Source: an uncultured Marinobacterium sp.
Lineage (GTDB): Bacteria; Pseudomonadota; Gammaproteobacteria; Pseudomonadales; Balneatricaceae
NCBI GenBank assembly: GCA_964390205.1
Contig: CAYMHL010000001.1
Span: 15,165-66,031 of the forward strand
Direction: 5' to 3'
DNA: 50,867 bases
Of this stretch, positions 10,098 to 21,600 are shown piece by piece (within the stretch, counting starts at the first letter, position 1; each line of letters starts with the position of its first letter). A program made the translations under genes and the position numbers. The notes beneath the pieces are model-generated. The model had not been told where the DNA came from and did not search any database. It saw only the letters and a list, made by a program, of their open reading frames with translations.

Positions 10098-11900
10098 GTG
10101 TCCGACGCCGTCAACCTTCACCGCTGGCTCCCTGCGGTTGCTGCGCTCTTGATGCTCAGCCTGTTCTCCATCCCGGTCCTGGCCGCTGACGCCCGGCACG
10201 GTATCGCCATGCATGGCGCACTGAAATACCCTGCCGACTTCACGCATTTCGATTACGTCAACCCCGATGCTCCCAAGGGCGGGCGCCTGCGCGAAGCTTC
10301 CATCGGTACCTTTGACAGCCTGAACCCATTCATCATCAAGGGCACCGTTGCCGATGGTACCGGCCTGATCTACGACAGCCTGCTGGCCCGTGCACTGGAT
10401 GAACCCTTTTCGCTCTACGGTTTGCTGGCCGAGCACATGAACGTCGCCGACGATCGCAGCTGGATCGAATTTGACCTGCGTCCCGAAGCTCGTTTCAGCG
10501 ACGGCAAGCCGGTCACTGCAGAGGATGTGGTGTTTACGTTCAACACGCTGCTGGAACAGGGCAGCCCCTTTTTCAAAAGCTACTACGCCGGTATCAGCAA
10601 GGTAGAAGCCCTGACCGAGCGCCGGGTACGCTTTGATTTCGGCAGCAGCCTCAATCATGAGCTGCCGCTCATCGTCGGCGAAGTCCCCATACTGCCGGCG
10701 CACTACTGGGAGGGGCGTGACTTCACTGTCCCCTCGCTGGACATCCCTGTAGGTTCAGGCCCCTATGCGGTCAGCCGGATAGATCCGGGTCGTTCGATCA
10801 TCTATGAACGTCGCAAGGATTATTGGGGCGCCAACCTGCCGGTCAATCGCGGTCGCTTCAATTTTGATCAGCGTCAATTCGATTATTACCGCGACAGTAC
10901 CGTAGCGCTGGAAGCCTTCAAAGCGGGTGAATACGATTTCCGCAGCGAACATGCATCCAAAGCCTGGGCAACCGGCTACACCGGAGCCCCCTTTGATGAC
11001 GGTCGCATTCGCAAGGAAGAAATTGCCCACGGTAATCCTCAGGGTATGCAAGGGTTTGTCATGAACAGCCGCCGTGACCTGTTCAGTGACAAACGCGTCC
11101 GCGAAGCACTGACCCTCGCCTTTGATTTTGAGTGGACCAACCGCAACCTGTTCTATGGTGCCTACACCCGCAGCAACAGCTATTTTTCCAACTCGGAGAT
11201 GGCGGCGGACGAACTGCCAACCGCCGCCGAGCTGGAGATTCTGCAACCGATGCGTGACCAACTGCCCCCCGAGGTCTTCACTCAGGTCTACAAGGCCCCG
11301 AGCACCGATGGCAGTGGCCGCAACCGTGACCAGCTTCGCAACGCCCTGCGTCTGCTGCAGGCAGCAGGCTGGAGTTTGAAGGACGGCAAACTGGTCAACA
11401 CCGAAGGCATGCCCTTCCACTTCGAGATTCTGCTGGTACAAAAGGAGTTCGAGCGTGTGGTGTCGCCCTTCATCCGTAACCTGGAACGACTGGGCATCAG
11501 TGCCGACATCCGTATCGTCGATGTATCGCAGTACATCAACCGTTTGCGTCAGTTTGACTTCGACATGGTGGTCTATGGCTTTGGCCAGTCCAGTTCGCCG
11601 GGCAATGAACAGCGTGATTACTGGCATTCGACTGCCGCCAACACGCCCGGCAGCCGCAACCTGATCGGCATTCAGGACCCCGCCATCGACCACCTGGTTG
11701 AACAGCTGATCGCGGCACCGGATCGGGAACAACTGGTCGTGCGTGCCCGTGCGCTGGACCGGGCCTTGCAGTGGAACCATTTTGTTATCCCGCACTACCA
11801 TATCAGCGCCTGGCGTATCGCCTACTGGGACAAGTTTGCCCACCCGGCCGTCAGCCCGACCTATGATCTGGGCCTTGATACCTGGTGGATGAAGCCCTGA
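10098..11900 (+). CDS. yejA: ABC peptide transporter substrate-binding protein (YejA family)
   Basis: [29 protein letters not shown] signature and signal peptide. Confidence 0.9.
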   Translation: MSDAVNLHRWLPAVAALLMLSLFSIPVLAADARHGIAMHGALKYPADFTHFDYVNPDAPKGGRLREASIGTFDSLNPFIIKGTVADGTGLIYDSLLARALDEPFSLYGLLAEHMNVADDRSWIEFDLRPEARFSDGKPVTAEDVVFTFNTLLEQGSPFFKSYYAGISKVEALTERRVRFDFGSSLNHELPLIVGEVPILPAHYWEGRDFTVPSLDIPVGSGPYAVSRIDPGRSIIYERRKDYWGANLPVNRGRFNFDQRQFDYYRDSTVALEAFKAGEYDFRSEHASKAWATGYTGAPFDDGRIRKEEIAHGNPQGMQGFVMNSRRDLFSDKRVREALTLAFDFEWTNRNLFYGAYTRSNSYFSNSEMAADELPTAAELEILQPMRDQLPPEVFTQVYKAPSTDGSGRNRDQLRNALRLLQAAGWSLKDGKLVNTEGMPFHFEILLVQKEFERVVSPFIRNLERLGISADIRIVDVSQYINRLRQFDFDMVVYGFGQSSSPGNEQRDYWHSTAANTPGSRNLIGIQDPAIDHLVEQLIAAPDREQLVVRARALDRALQWNHFVIPHYHISAWRIAYWDKFAHPAVSPTYDLGLDTWWMKP

Positions 11901-12988
11901 TGGCCGCCTACATTGTTCGCCGGCTGCTGCTGATTATTCCAACCCTGCTGGGCATCCTGCTGCTCAATTTTGTGCTGGTACAGTTTGCGCCCGGCGGCCC
12001 GGTCGAACAGACACTGGCGCAGCTGCAGGGACTGGGTGTAACGGCCGGCAACCGCATCGGCAGTGGCCCCCAGTCCGATATTGCGGCCGGCAGCCAGAAT
12101 GAGTCCGGCTACCGCGGCGCCCAGGGGCTGGACCCGGCTCTGGTCGCGGAAATCGAGCGCCTCTACGGTTTCGACAAACCGGCACATGAACGCTTCTATC
12201 AAATGCTGCTCAACTATCTGCAGTTCGATTTCGGTAAAAGCTTCTACAGCGACAAGACAGTTACCGAGCTGATCGTGGAAAAACTGCCGGTATCCATCTC
12301 CCTTGGACTCTGGACCACACTGCTGACCTATCTGATCTCGGTGCCACTGGGCATCCGCAAGGCGGTGCGTGACGGCTCCTCGTTTGATGTCTGGACCAGC
12401 AGCGCCATCATCGTCGGTTATGCCATTCCCAACTTTCTGTTCGCGATCCTGCTGATCGTGCTGTTTGCCGGCGGCACCTGGCTGGAATGGTTCCCGCTGC
12501 GCGGCCTGACCTCGCAGAACTTCCACGAACTGACCTGGTGGCAGCAGATCGGCGATTACTTCTGGCACATCACGCTGCCGGTACTGGCATCGGTCATCTC
12601 CAGTTTTGCCACCCTGACCATGCTGACCAAGAACTCCTTCCTGGATGAGATCAACAAGCAGTACGTGCTGACAGCCAGGGCCAAGGGGTTGAGCGAGAAC
12701 GCCGTGCTCTACCGTCATGTATTCCGCAACGCCATGCTGCTGATCATTGCCGGCATGCCCGCCGCCCTGATCGGCATCTTCTTTACCGGCTCCATGCTGA
12801 TCGAAGTGATCTTTTCGTTGGATGGCCTTGGTCTGCTGGGCTATGAAGCGGTGATCAACCGTGACTACCCGGTCATCTTCGGCACCCTCTATATTTTCAC
12901 CCTGGTTGGGCTGCTGATGAAACTGGTCAGCGACATTACCTATACGCTGGTGGATCCACGTATCGACTTTGCCAGCCGGGAGGTGTGA
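11900..12988 (+). CDS. yejB: ABC peptide transporter permease
   Basis: [16 protein letters not shown] start and TARAKGL EAA-loop. Confidence 0.92.
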   Translation: MAAYIVRRLLLIIPTLLGILLLNFVLVQFAPGGPVEQTLAQLQGLGVTAGNRIGSGPQSDIAAGSQNESGYRGAQGLDPALVAEIERLYGFDKPAHERFYQMLLNYLQFDFGKSFYSDKTVTELIVEKLPVSISLGLWTTLLTYLISVPLGIRKAVRDGSSFDVWTSSAIIVGYAIPNFLFAILLIVLFAGGTWLEWFPLRGLTSQNFHELTWWQQIGDYFWHITLPVLASVISSFATLTMLTKNSFLDEINKQYVLTARAKGLSENAVLYRHVFRNAMLLIIAGMPAALIGIFFTGSMLIEVIFSLDGLGLLGYEAVINRDYPVIFGTLYIFTLVGLLMKLVSDITYTLVDPRIDFASREV

Positions 12989-12991
12989 GGC

Positions 12992-14014
12992 ATGACTTTG
13001 ACGCCCATTCAGCGCCGCCGCCTACAAACCTTCAAGCGTAACCGCCGCGGTTACTGGTCACTGTGGATTTTCCTGCTGCTGTTCGGCCTCAGTTTGTTTG
13101 CCGAATTGATCGCCAACGACCGTCCGCTGGTGATCAGCCACCAGCAGCAACTGTACTGGCCACTGCTGCACGACTACACCGAAGCCGATTTTGGCGGCGA
13201 GTTCGCCCTGCCGGCCGATTACAGGGATCCTTACCTGCAGCAGATGATTGAGACCGCAGGCGGCGCAATGATCTGGCCGCTGATCCGCTTCGGCTACGAC
13301 ACCATCAACTATGATCTTGACCAGCCTGCCCCCTCTCCTCCCAGCAGTACCAATTGGCTAGGTACGGATGATCAGGGCCGGGATGTACTGGCGCGAGTGA
13401 TTTACGGTTTTCGCATCTCCGTGCTGTTTGCACTGGCACTGACCCTGGCCAGCTCGGTGATCGGTGTCTGCGCCGGTGCCATTCAGGGCTATTACGGTGG
13501 GCGCATCGACCTGCTGTTTCAGCGCTTTATCGAGATCTGGTCGGGACTGCCGGTACTCTTCCTGCTGATCATCCTCGCCAGCCTGGTGCAGCCGAATTTC
13601 TGGTGGCTGCTGGGTATCATGCTGCTGTTTTCATGGATGAACCTGGTGGATGTGGTGCGCGCCGAGTTCCTGCGTGGTCGCAACCTGGAATACGTGCGTG
13701 CGGCCCGCGCCCTGGGCCTCAGTGATCTGCGTATCATGTACCGACATGTCCTGCCCAACGCCATGATCGCGACACTGACTTTCATGCCATTCGTGTTCAA
13801 CGGCGCCATTGTCACCCTCACGGCGCTGGATTTTCTTGGCTTTGGCCTGCCGCCAGGTTCACCTTCGCTGGGCGAATTGGTCGCCCAGGGCAAGGAAAAC
13901 CTGCATGCCCCCTGGCTGGGGATCACCGCATTCTGTTCACTGGCCATCATGCTGACATTGCTGATTTTTATCGGCGAGGCAGTCCGCGATGCCTTCGATC
14001 CAAGGAAAGTCTGA
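12992..14014 (+). CDS. yejE: ABC peptide transporter permease
   Basis: LGTDDQGRDVLARVIYGFRIS and EAVRDAFDPRK. Confidence 0.92.
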   Translation: MTLTPIQRRRLQTFKRNRRGYWSLWIFLLLFGLSLFAELIANDRPLVISHQQQLYWPLLHDYTEADFGGEFALPADYRDPYLQQMIETAGGAMIWPLIRFGYDTINYDLDQPAPSPPSSTNWLGTDDQGRDVLARVIYGFRISVLFALALTLASSVIGVCAGAIQGYYGGRIDLLFQRFIEIWSGLPVLFLLIILASLVQPNFWWLLGIMLLFSWMNLVDVVRAEFLRGRNLEYVRAARALGLSDLRIMYRHVLPNAMIATLTFMPFVFNGAIVTLTALDFLGFGLPPGSPSLGELVAQGKENLHAPWLGITAFCSLAIMLTLLIFIGEAVRDAFDPRKV

Positions 14015-14015
14015 C

Positions 14016-15608
14016 ATGAATGCCCCGCTTGTTTCGGTCAAACACCTTTCGGTTCAATTCAGCGGCAGTGATGCCCCGGCCGTTGAGGATGTCAGCTTCG
14101 ATATCGAGGCCGGCAAAACTCTGGCGCTGGTTGGCGAATCAGGATCGGGCAAATCGGTCACGGCACTGTCGCTGATGCGCCTGCTGTCCGATCGCCAGGT
14201 CCACTACCCCACCGGCAGCATCCTCTACAATGGTGAAGATTTGCTTCACGTTGACGAAGGCCGCATGCAGCAGATCAGGGGTGACCGGGTAGGCATTATC
14301 TTTCAGGAGCCCATGACCTCGCTCAACCCCCTGCACACGCTGGAAAAACAGATCAGCGAGACCCTGCGTCTGCATAAGGGCCTGAGCCTGACCGACTGCC
14401 GTGCGCGAGTCATTGAACTGCTGGGACTGGTCGGCATCGACAAGCCCGAGCAGCGCCTGGAGCAATATCCTCACCAGCTTTCCGGCGGCCAGCGCCAGCG
14501 GGTGATGATCGCCATGGCGCTGGCCAACGAACCTGAACTGTTGATCGCCGACGAGCCGACTACCGCCCTGGATGTCACCATCCAGCAGCAGATTCTGGAG
14601 TTGCTGCAGTCATTGCAACAGCGATTCAATATGGCAATTCTGCTGATTTCACATGACCTCAATGTGGTACGCAGGGTCGCAGACCGGATTTGCGTAATGC
14701 ACGGCGGCAAGGTGTTGGAGAATCGTCCCTGCGAAGCGCTGTTCAAGGCGCCCGAACATGACTATACCCGCGCACTGCTGGCAGCGGAGCCGGAAGGGAC
14801 GCCGACACCTGTTGCCGTCGATGCCTCGCCCCTGCTGCAGACCCGCGGGCTTGAAGTGCGTTTCGAGCAGCGCAAGGGCCTGTTCAATCGCGTCAGCGAT
14901 GTTCACCGCGCGGTAGACGGCATAGACCTGCAGCTGAGTGCCGGCGAGACCCTGGGCATTGTCGGCGAGTCAGGCTCAGGCAAAACCACACTGGCGCTGG
15001 CTATCCTGCGCCTGATCCGCAGCCAGGGTGACATCGAGTTCAAACAGCAACGGATCTCGTCCTGGAAGCAGAAGCAGATTACCCCCCTGCGCAAACAGCT
15101 GCAGATCGTGTTTCAGGATCCGTTTGGCAGCCTGAGCCCACGCATGAGCGTTATGGAGATCATTGCCGAAGGGCTGGGCGTTCAGGGCTGCAGGGACCCG
15201 CAGCAACAGACTGCACGCGTCTGTCAGGCATTGGTGGATGTGGGCCTGGACCCCGAGGTCAGGCACCGCTATCCACATGAGTTCTCCGGCGGTCAGCGCC
15301 AGCGCATCGCCATCGCACGCGCATTGGTGCTCAAGCCGGAACTGATCATCCTGGATGAGCCGACGTCGGCACTGGATCGCACGGTACAGAAACAGATCAT
15401 TGAGCTGCTGCGTGAGCTTCAGCGTCGCTACGGGCTAAGTTACCTGTTTATCAGCCATGATCTGGCCGTGGTGCGAGCCATGAGCCATCGCGTCATGGTG
15501 ATGCAGCAGGGCCAAGTGGTGGAATCTGCACCGACCGAAGCCCTGTTCAGCGCGCCCAAAGAGGCCTATACCCAGCGCCTGCTTGCTGCTGCACTGCTGG
15601 ATCACTGA
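14016..15608 (+). CDS. yejF: ABC peptide transporter dual-domain ATPase
   Basis: Two Walker A motifs ([16 protein letters not shown]) and two signature motifs (LSGGQ, FSGGQ). Confidence 0.92.
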   Translation: MNAPLVSVKHLSVQFSGSDAPAVEDVSFDIEAGKTLALVGESGSGKSVTALSLMRLLSDRQVHYPTGSILYNGEDLLHVDEGRMQQIRGDRVGIIFQEPMTSLNPLHTLEKQISETLRLHKGLSLTDCRARVIELLGLVGIDKPEQRLEQYPHQLSGGQRQRVMIAMALANEPELLIADEPTTALDVTIQQQILELLQSLQQRFNMAILLISHDLNVVRRVADRICVMHGGKVLENRPCEALFKAPEHDYTRALLAAEPEGTPTPVAVDASPLLQTRGLEVRFEQRKGLFNRVSDVHRAVDGIDLQLSAGETLGIVGESGSGKTTLALAILRLIRSQGDIEFKQQRISSWKQKQITPLRKQLQIVFQDPFGSLSPRMSVMEIIAEGLGVQGCRDPQQQTARVCQALVDVGLDPEVRHRYPHEFSGGQRQRIAIARALVLKPELIILDEPTSALDRTVQKQIIELLRELQRRYGLSYLFISHDLAVVRAMSHRVMVMQQGQVVESAPTEALFSAPKEAYTQRLLAAALLDH

Positions 15609-15671
15609 CTCGCCTCCGGTCATCCTTACTGTCAGTAAACCTGGATGCCGAGATGTGTACCGCCTGAAATG

Positions 15672-15700
15672 AAAAGAGCCACTGTAAAAGTGGCTCTTTT
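15672..15700. terminator. bidirectional intrinsic terminator (yejF / ppiD)
   Basis: AAAAGAGCCACT-GTAAA-AGTGGCTCTTTT between convergent genes. Confidence 0.8.
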
Positions 15701-15726
15701 GCCTATAGTGGCAGTATCAATCGATT

Positions 15727-17610
15727 TCAGTTGCGCTCAATTTCTGCACTGGCATTCAATGCCTGAACATGGGCGCGGAAGAAGGAGTCTGCCTGACGGG
15801 CACCCAGGGATTCCTGCAGCTGCTGCACCAGCAATTCGTCCGCCTGCTCAGGCTCATTGACAGCGCGTACACGAATCACGGCATAGTCACCACCAGCCAG
15901 AGCCACTGCGTCCAGACTGGGCTGCTGCTCATTCGGACGCGGCATTTCAAAGGCGGCGCGATTGAGATCCAGCGGCATCTCAGCGGCATCACGGGCAGCA
16001 GCTTCGACTGAATTCCAGACCAGCTCAGGTGCCAACTGCTCCAGAGTCTGTCCGCCGGCAAGCTGTTCGACCAGCGTTTCCGCACGTGCTTTCAGATCGG
16101 CAATCGCCTGCTCCTGACGCAGCTCACCTTCAAGCAGATCCTTGACCTCTTGCAGACTCTGCTGACGGGCAGCAATGCTTTCCTGCACACGCACGACAAC
16201 GGCATGTTCGCGGTTAAGCTCGATAGGCGCACTGTTCAGCTGTTCGTCCTGCAGCTCGGCGCTGAACGCGGCCCGCAGGACTTTGGGGTTTGCAGTCAAT
16301 TCACTGTCGCCACCACTTTGACCAAAGGCCTGGGTCTGCTTGATCTCCAATCCCAGCTCCTCGGCCGGAACCTGCAGGTCTGCTGCAGAGAAGCTCAGGT
16401 CCGCAAGACGATCCAATGCTTCAACATAATTGGCTTCGGCCGCGGCAGCTGCCAATTCATCCTTGAGTACCGGCATGCGTTCTTCAAAGCTCGGCGCTTC
16501 GGTGGCACGTATCGCATCAAGCTTGATCAGGTGGTAACCGAATTCGCTGCGTACCGGCGCGGACAGCTCACCTTCCTGCAGCGCAAACAATGCATCTTCA
16601 AAAGGTCCCACGAAAACACCGCGACCGTTGAAGCCCAGATCACCGCCGGCTGCAGCGGAACCCGGATCGGCCGAGTACTCCGCTGCTGCATCGGCAAAGC
16701 TCAGCTCGCCTGCCAGAATGCGCTCACGCACCGCCTCGGCCTGGGCACGTGTATCGCTCTCGGAGCCATCGCCCAGCTCGAACAGGATATGGGCTGCCTG
16801 GCGCTCCTCTTCACCCTGAAAACGGGCCAGCTCCTGCTCGTAGGCACTGCGTAGATCCGCTTCACTGACACTGTCGGGATCAGCGAAGTCGGACTGTTTG
16901 AGTTCGATATAGGACAGGACTACCTGGGGCTCCGTCATGAAACGCTGCGGATTTTCGTCGTAGCGAGCCTGAAGCTGCTCGTCAGTCACCTCGACATTGG
17001 CCAGCGCATCTTCAAGCGTGAAGCGAATCCAGTCCACATCACGGGTCTGACTCGCCAGTTTGGCCAGCTGTTCCGCCTGCACCGGCGTTGCAAAGGCGGA
17101 CAGGGCATAGGCATTGCGCTCCTGTGCGGTCAGCAACGCCTTACGCAGCTGATCACGGTACATCAACGGGGTCAGTCCCACACTGCGCAGTACCGCTTCA
17201 AACTGGTTGCGGTCAAAACGACCCGCCTCACCATGGAAGCTGCTGTCGGCCACAATAATCTGATCGATCATCTGCTCCGACACATAGAGTCCCTGATTGT
17301 CGGCAGACTGCAGCAGAATTTCACGGTCAATAAGGCTATCCAGAACAGAGCGGCGCAGAGCCGCCTCATCGATGGCAGCCGGATCCGCATCTTCACCCAT
17401 CCGGGACAGAATCTGCCGGCGCTGCAACTCAACTTCACGCTGCAGGTCGATGCTGCTGATTTCTTCACCGTTGACTTCGGCAGGTGCCTTTTCACTGTTG
17501 GCCAGGCCGATGAGTGACTCGACGCCGAAGAGTGCAAAGGTGACGATGATCAGACCAACGATCACCTTGGCGATGATCCCCTGTGAATTTTCCCTGATGG
17601 TTTGAAGCAT
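15727..17610 (-). CDS. ppiD: periplasmic folding chaperone PpiD (SurA N-domain + parvulin)
   Basis: MLQTIRENSQG..ALFGVES N-terminal TM anchor, AAHIL...GGDLG...SEFGYHLI parvulin motifs, and position after hupB. Confidence 0.92.
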   Translation of the reverse strand: MLQTIRENSQGIIAKVIVGLIIVTFALFGVESLIGLANSEKAPAEVNGEEISSIDLQREVELQRRQILSRMGEDADPAAIDEAALRRSVLDSLIDREILLQSADNQGLYVSEQMIDQIIVADSSFHGEAGRFDRNQFEAVLRSVGLTPLMYRDQLRKALLTAQERNAYALSAFATPVQAEQLAKLASQTRDVDWIRFTLEDALANVEVTDEQLQARYDENPQRFMTEPQVVLSYIELKQSDFADPDSVSEADLRSAYEQELARFQGEEERQAAHILFELGDGSESDTRAQAEAVRERILAGELSFADAAAEYSADPGSAAAGGDLGFNGRGVFVGPFEDALFALQEGELSAPVRSEFGYHLIKLDAIRATEAPSFEERMPVLKDELAAAAAEANYVEALDRLADLSFSAADLQVPAEELGLEIKQTQAFGQSGGDSELTANPKVLRAAFSAELQDEQLNSAPIELNREHAVVVRVQESIAARQQSLQEVKDLLEGELRQEQAIADLKARAETLVEQLAGGQTLEQLAPELVWNSVEAAARDAAEMPLDLNRAAFEMPRPNEQQPSLDAVALAGGDYAVIRVRAVNEPEQADELLVQQLQESLGARQADSFFRAHVQALNASAEIERN

Positions 17611-17648
17611 TGGTTGCGTACACTCTAGTTTTATAAAAAGCGATTTAT

Positions 17649-17681
17649 AAAAAAAGCGCATTCGGAGGAATGCGCTTTTTT
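17649..17681 (-). terminator. intrinsic terminator of the hupB-tRNA transcript
   Basis: AAAAAAAGCGCATTC-GGAG-GAATGCGCTTTTTT. Confidence 0.8.
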
Positions 17682-17726
17682 GGATCACGTTAAATATTCG
17701 AAATGGACTCGAACATGATCGAAAAT

Positions 17727-17803
17727 TGGCGAAACGAATGGGTATACCCCATTTGACCCGGGAAAGCCGACTGGCAGATCGCTTTGCACATACAGCCTTC
17801 CAG
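17727..17803 (-). pseudogene. possible decayed tRNA-Asp copy / structured spacer
   Basis: Collinear blocks CTGCCAGTC, GGGTC and CCCATTCGTTTCGCCA resemble tRNA-Asp CTGCCTGTC, GGGTC and CCCGTCCGTTCCGCCA. Confidence 0.35.
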
Positions 17804-17805
17804 GG

Positions 17806-17882
17806 TGGCGGAACGGACGGGACTCGAACCCGCGACCCCCTGCGTGACAGGCAGGTATTCTAACCAACTGAACTACCGCTCC
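17806..17882 (-). tRNA. tRNA-Asp (GTC)
   Basis: GGAGCGGTAGTTCAGTTGGTTAGAATACCTGCCTGTCACGCAGGGGGTCGCGGGTTCGAGTCCCGTCCGTTCCGCCA, 77 nt, CCA end. Confidence 0.97.
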
Positions 17883-17908
17883 GTCGCAATCAGGACTTCA
17901 GTTCCTGC

Positions 17909-18184
17909 TTACTTGTTTACCGCGTCTTTCAGCGCTTTACCCGGTTTGAAAGTCGGCAGAGTCGCTGCAGCGATTTCGATCGGGTTGCCGGTCTGCGGGT
18001 TGCGACCGGTACGGGCTGCGCGCTCTTTGGTTGCGAAGGTACCAAAACCTACCAGAGCAACAGACTCGCCACGCTGCAGTGCTTCAGTAACGGCCTCCAG
18101 AGTTGCATCCAGTGCACGACCGGCTGCTGCCTTGGGAATGTCGGCAGATGCTGCGATAGCGTCAATCAGTTCAGATTTATTCAC
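17909..18184 (-). CDS. hupB: DNA-binding protein HU-beta
   Basis: (V/M)[10 protein letters not shown]...GFGTF...RTGRNPQTG with GTG start, in lon-hupB-ppiD synteny. Confidence 0.95.
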   Translation of the reverse strand: MNKSELIDAIAASADIPKAAAGRALDATLEAVTEALQRGESVALVGFGTFATKERAARTGRNPQTGNPIEIAAATLPTFKPGKALKDAVNK

Positions 18185-18251
18185 AGTGTTCCCCTTGTAA
18201 AAATCGTTGTCTTTTCTATCCGTTGTCGTTGCCCAGCGCATAGTCTGCAAC

Positions 18252-18281
18252 TTTATACCAACTGCCCGAAACCGGTGTCAA
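18252..18281 (-). promoter_or_regulatory. sigma70 promoter of hupB
   Basis: TTGACA-N18-TATAAA with an extended TGn motif. Confidence 0.6.
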
Positions 18282-18314
18282 CTGGCTGCAGCCCTTTTCT
18301 GCCGGGGCTTTGCG

Positions 18315-20741
18315 TTAATGCGTACTCAGCTGACTTGAGCCATTGCGACCGTTGTTGGCGTCAGCGGCTGCAGCATCTTCTTCGGGTTCAGGCAACGGCT
18401 TTGGCTGGTAGGCCAGGGCAATGTCCAGCACCTCGTCGATCCACTTCACCGGACGAATATCAAGATCAGCCTTGATATTGTCGGGAATTTCCTTGAGATC
18501 GCGGGTATTTTCCTCGGGAATGATCACCGTGCGAATGCCGCCCCGGTGCGCCGCCAGCAGTTTTTCCTTGAGTCCACCGATCGGCAACACCTGTCCCCGC
18601 AGGGTGATTTCACCGGTCATGGCCACCTCCGACCGTACCGGAATACCGGTCAAAGCCGACACAACCGCTGTACACATGCCAATACCGGCGCTAGGACCAT
18701 CTTTCGGTGTGGCACCTTCGGGCACATGGACATGGATATCCCGTTTCTCATGGAAGTCCGGGGTAATACCCAGAGAGCGCGAACGGTTGCGCACCACGGT
18801 CATGGCCGCCTGAATCGACTCCTTCATCACATCACCGAGGGAGCCGGTGTTGATTTGACGCCCCTTGCCCGGCACGACAGCCGCTTCGATGGTGAGGATA
18901 TCACCACCCACAGAGGTCCACGCCAAACCGGTTACCTGGCCGACCTGATCCTGCTCTTCCGCCATGCCAAACTTGAACTTCTTGACCCCGTTGTAGTGCT
19001 CAAGCTCATCGGCCGTCACACGTACAGCACCACCCTTCTGCTCAAGTGCCAGCTCACGCACCACCTTGCGGGTGATCTTGGCAATTTCACGCTCAAGGCC
19101 GCGCACGCCGGCTTCACGGGTGTAGTAGCGAATCAGTCCCACAATCGCATCATCGCTGATCTCAAGCTCTTTGGGCTTGAGGCCATTGTTTTTCAACTGC
19201 TTGGAAATCAGGTACTTGCGTGCAATGTTAAGCTTCTCATCCTCGGTGTAGCCCGGGATGCGAATGATCTCCATGCGGTCGAGCAGCGGTCCCGGAATGT
19301 TCATCGAGTTCGAGGTACACACGAACATCACATCGGACAGATCGTAGTCCACTTCCAGGTAATGATCGTTGAAGCTGCTGTTCTGCTCCGGGTCGAGCAC
19401 TTCCAGCAGTGCCGAAGCGGGATCACCGCGATGGTCCATGCCCATCTTGTCGATCTCGTCGAGCAGGAACAGCGGGTTCTTGACCCCGATGCGTGACATT
19501 TTCTGAATCAGTTTGCCCGGCATGGAACCGATGTAGGTGCGACGGTGGCCACGGATTTCGGCTTCATCACGAACCCCGCCCAGTGCCATGCGCACATATT
19601 TGCGATTGGTGGCACGGGCGATTGACCGACCCAGTGAGGTCTTGCCCACACCCGGAGGTCCAACCAGGCAGAGAATCGGGCCCTTGAGCTTCTTCACCCG
19701 CTTCTGCACGGCAAGATACTCAAGAATGCGATCCTTCACCTCTTCCAAACCGTAGTGATCTTCATTGAGGATCTTCTCGGCATGTTTCATGTCGAGACGC
19801 ACACGGGAGCGTTTGACCCAGGGAATCTGCAACATCCAGTCGATGTAGCCGCGTACCACTGTGGCTTCGGCACTCATCGGCGACATCATCTTGAGCTTAT
19901 TGTATTCGCTCAGGGTCTTTTCCAGCGGCTCCTGCGGCATGCCGGCAGCTTCGATACGGGCCTTAAGCTCCTCCATATCGGACGCACCGGTTTCATCCAT
20001 ATCACCCAGTTCTTTCTGAATCGCCTTCATCTGCTCATTCAGATAGTACTCTCGCTGGCTCTTTTCCATCTGTTTCTTGACGCGACCCCGGATGCGTTTT
20101 TCCACCTCGACCAGATCGATCTCGGCTTCCATCAGCGACATCAGGTGCTCGAGACGCTGGCGCGCACCCAAAATTTCCAGAATGTTCTGCTTTTCATCCA
20201 GTTTGAGCGACATATGCGCCGCGATGGTATCCGCCAGCCGGCCGATTTCATCGATATTCTGCAGTGAACTCAGTACTTCAGTCGGGATCTTCTTGTTGAC
20301 CTGGGCAAAACGCTCGAATTGATCCAGCGCGGTCTTCTTGTAGACCTCTGCCTCAGAAGCACCTACCGTTTCGATCGGCAGCACACTGACTACGGCATTG
20401 AAATATTCGGCTTCTTCGCGCAGTGATTCGATATGGGCGCGATAGTCGCCTTCGACCAGAACCTTGACCGTACCATCCGGAAGTTTGAGCATTTGCAGCA
20501 CATTGGCCACACAGCCGACTGCGAACAGATCCTGGGCATTGGGTTCATCTTCGGAAGCACTCTTCTGCGCCACCAGCAGGATCTGCTTGTCGCTCGCCAT
20601 CGCCAGCTCCAGCGCATGGATGGACTTTTCGCGGCCGACGAACAGCGGAATCACCATGTTGGGATAAACCACCACATCGCGCAGCGGCAAAACCGGAAGC
20701 TCGACGGTCACGGCGTCATCTTTTGCTTCAAATTGATCCAT
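18315..20741 (-). CDS. lon: ATP-dependent protease La
   Basis: [11 protein letters not shown]-domain, GPPGVGKTS Walker A, DGPSAG catalytic Ser and GGLKEK. Confidence 0.97.
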   Translation of the reverse strand: MDQFEAKDDAVTVELPVLPLRDVVVYPNMVIPLFVGREKSIHALELAMASDKQILLVAQKSASEDEPNAQDLFAVGCVANVLQMLKLPDGTVKVLVEGDYRAHIESLREEAEYFNAVVSVLPIETVGASEAEVYKKTALDQFERFAQVNKKIPTEVLSSLQNIDEIGRLADTIAAHMSLKLDEKQNILEILGARQRLEHLMSLMEAEIDLVEVEKRIRGRVKKQMEKSQREYYLNEQMKAIQKELGDMDETGASDMEELKARIEAAGMPQEPLEKTLSEYNKLKMMSPMSAEATVVRGYIDWMLQIPWVKRSRVRLDMKHAEKILNEDHYGLEEVKDRILEYLAVQKRVKKLKGPILCLVGPPGVGKTSLGRSIARATNRKYVRMALGGVRDEAEIRGHRRTYIGSMPGKLIQKMSRIGVKNPLFLLDEIDKMGMDHRGDPASALLEVLDPEQNSSFNDHYLEVDYDLSDVMFVCTSNSMNIPGPLLDRMEIIRIPGYTEDEKLNIARKYLISKQLKNNGLKPKELEISDDAIVGLIRYYTREAGVRGLEREIAKITRKVVRELALEQKGGAVRVTADELEHYNGVKKFKFGMAEEQDQVGQVTGLAWTSVGGDILTIEAAVVPGKGRQINTGSLGDVMKESIQAAMTVVRNRSRSLGITPDFHEKRDIHVHVPEGATPKDGPSAGIGMCTAVVSALTGIPVRSEVAMTGEITLRGQVLPIGGLKEKLLAAHRGGIRTVIIPEENTRDLKEIPDNIKADLDIRPVKWIDEVLDIALAYQPKPLPEPEEDAAAADANNGRNGSSQLSTH

Positions 20742-20812
20742 GATGGAGTGCCTCTCTACAGGGCGCCATTCAGGTAATGACGCATCTTGAATAATGTCAG
20801 GTTAGTCATTCA

Positions 20813-20838
20813 ATGGGGGTGGATCCAGCGATTACAAC
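20813..20838 (-). promoter_or_regulatory. sigma32 (RpoH) heat-shock promoter of lon
   Basis: Minus strand reads GTTGTAA-N13-CCCCAT versus consensus CTTGAA-N13-17-CCCCAT. lon is a classic sigma32 target. Confidence 0.6.
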
Positions 20839-20881
20839 TGCTTGAAACGGTTTTTTAACTGAATCCGTGCACGGAAGAGAA

Positions 20882-20902
20882 TGGAGGGGGTCGCCCCCTC
20901 CA
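20882..20902 (-). terminator. terminator hairpin after nfuA
   Basis: TGGAGGGGG-TCG-CCCCCTCCA, followed on the minus strand by TTCTCTT. Confidence 0.6.
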
Positions 20903-20923
20903 CGGAGCGGAAGCGGTTGGGTT

Positions 20924-21517
20924 TTACTTGAAGTAGGCGTTCTCGCGCACACTGTGGTCGGTGACGTCACGCACACCCGCCAGGCCGGGAACACGCTCGA
21001 CCAGCGTTTTCTCGACACCGTCCTTCAAGGTCATGTCCACGGCACTGCAACCCTGACAACCACCGCCAAATTTGAGGATGGCGATCATGCCGTTTTCTTC
21101 CTCGACCAGCTCAACCAGCTTCACTTCACCGCCGTGCGAGGCCAGACCCGGGTTGATGTCCGAGTACAGAATGTAGTTGATCTGTTCATCCATCGGGCTG
21201 TCCGGCGACACTTTGGGCACCTTGGCGTTGGGCGCCTTGATGGTCAGCTGCCCACCCATTCGATCTTCGGCAAAATCGATATGGGCTTCTTCCAGATACG
21301 GCATGCTGTTGCGCTCCATGTAAAAGCGCAGCAGCTCCAGATCCATGATCTCATCTTCCGCATTGACCTCGTCCGGGCGGCAGTACGCCAGACAGGTCTC
21401 TGCATAGGCTGTGCCCGGCTGTGTCACGAACAGACGCACGGCAATGCCTTCCACATTCTGTTTCTCAAGCAGCTCTGCCAGATAGCGCTCGGCAGATTTG
21501 GTAACCGTAATTGTCAT
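20924..21517 (-). CDS. nfuA: Fe-S cluster carrier NfuA
   Basis: Degenerate A-type N-domain plus Nfu domain [10 protein letters not shown]...FGGGCQGC. Confidence 0.95.
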   Translation of the reverse strand: MTITVTKSAERYLAELLEKQNVEGIAVRLFVTQPGTAYAETCLAYCRPDEVNAEDEIMDLELLRFYMERNSMPYLEEAHIDFAEDRMGGQLTIKAPNAKVPKVSPDSPMDEQINYILYSDINPGLASHGGEVKLVELVEEENGMIAILKFGGGCQGCSAVDMTLKDGVEKTLVERVPGLAGVRDVTDHSVRENAYFK

Positions 21518-21572
21518 AACCTAACCTTGTGAAAATTGTATCAATCAGATGAGTTCAGGATACACCCAAAAC

Positions 21573-21597
21573 AAACCCGAGTAAATTGATCGGATAT
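21573..21597. promoter_or_regulatory. IscR type-1 operator overlapping the nfuA -35
   Basis: AAACCCGAGTAAATTGATCGGATAT versus ATASYYGACTRWWWYAGTCRRSTAT. Minus-strand promoter TTTACT-N17-TATCCT at 21585-21557. Confidence 0.6.
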
Positions 21598-21600
21598 TAA

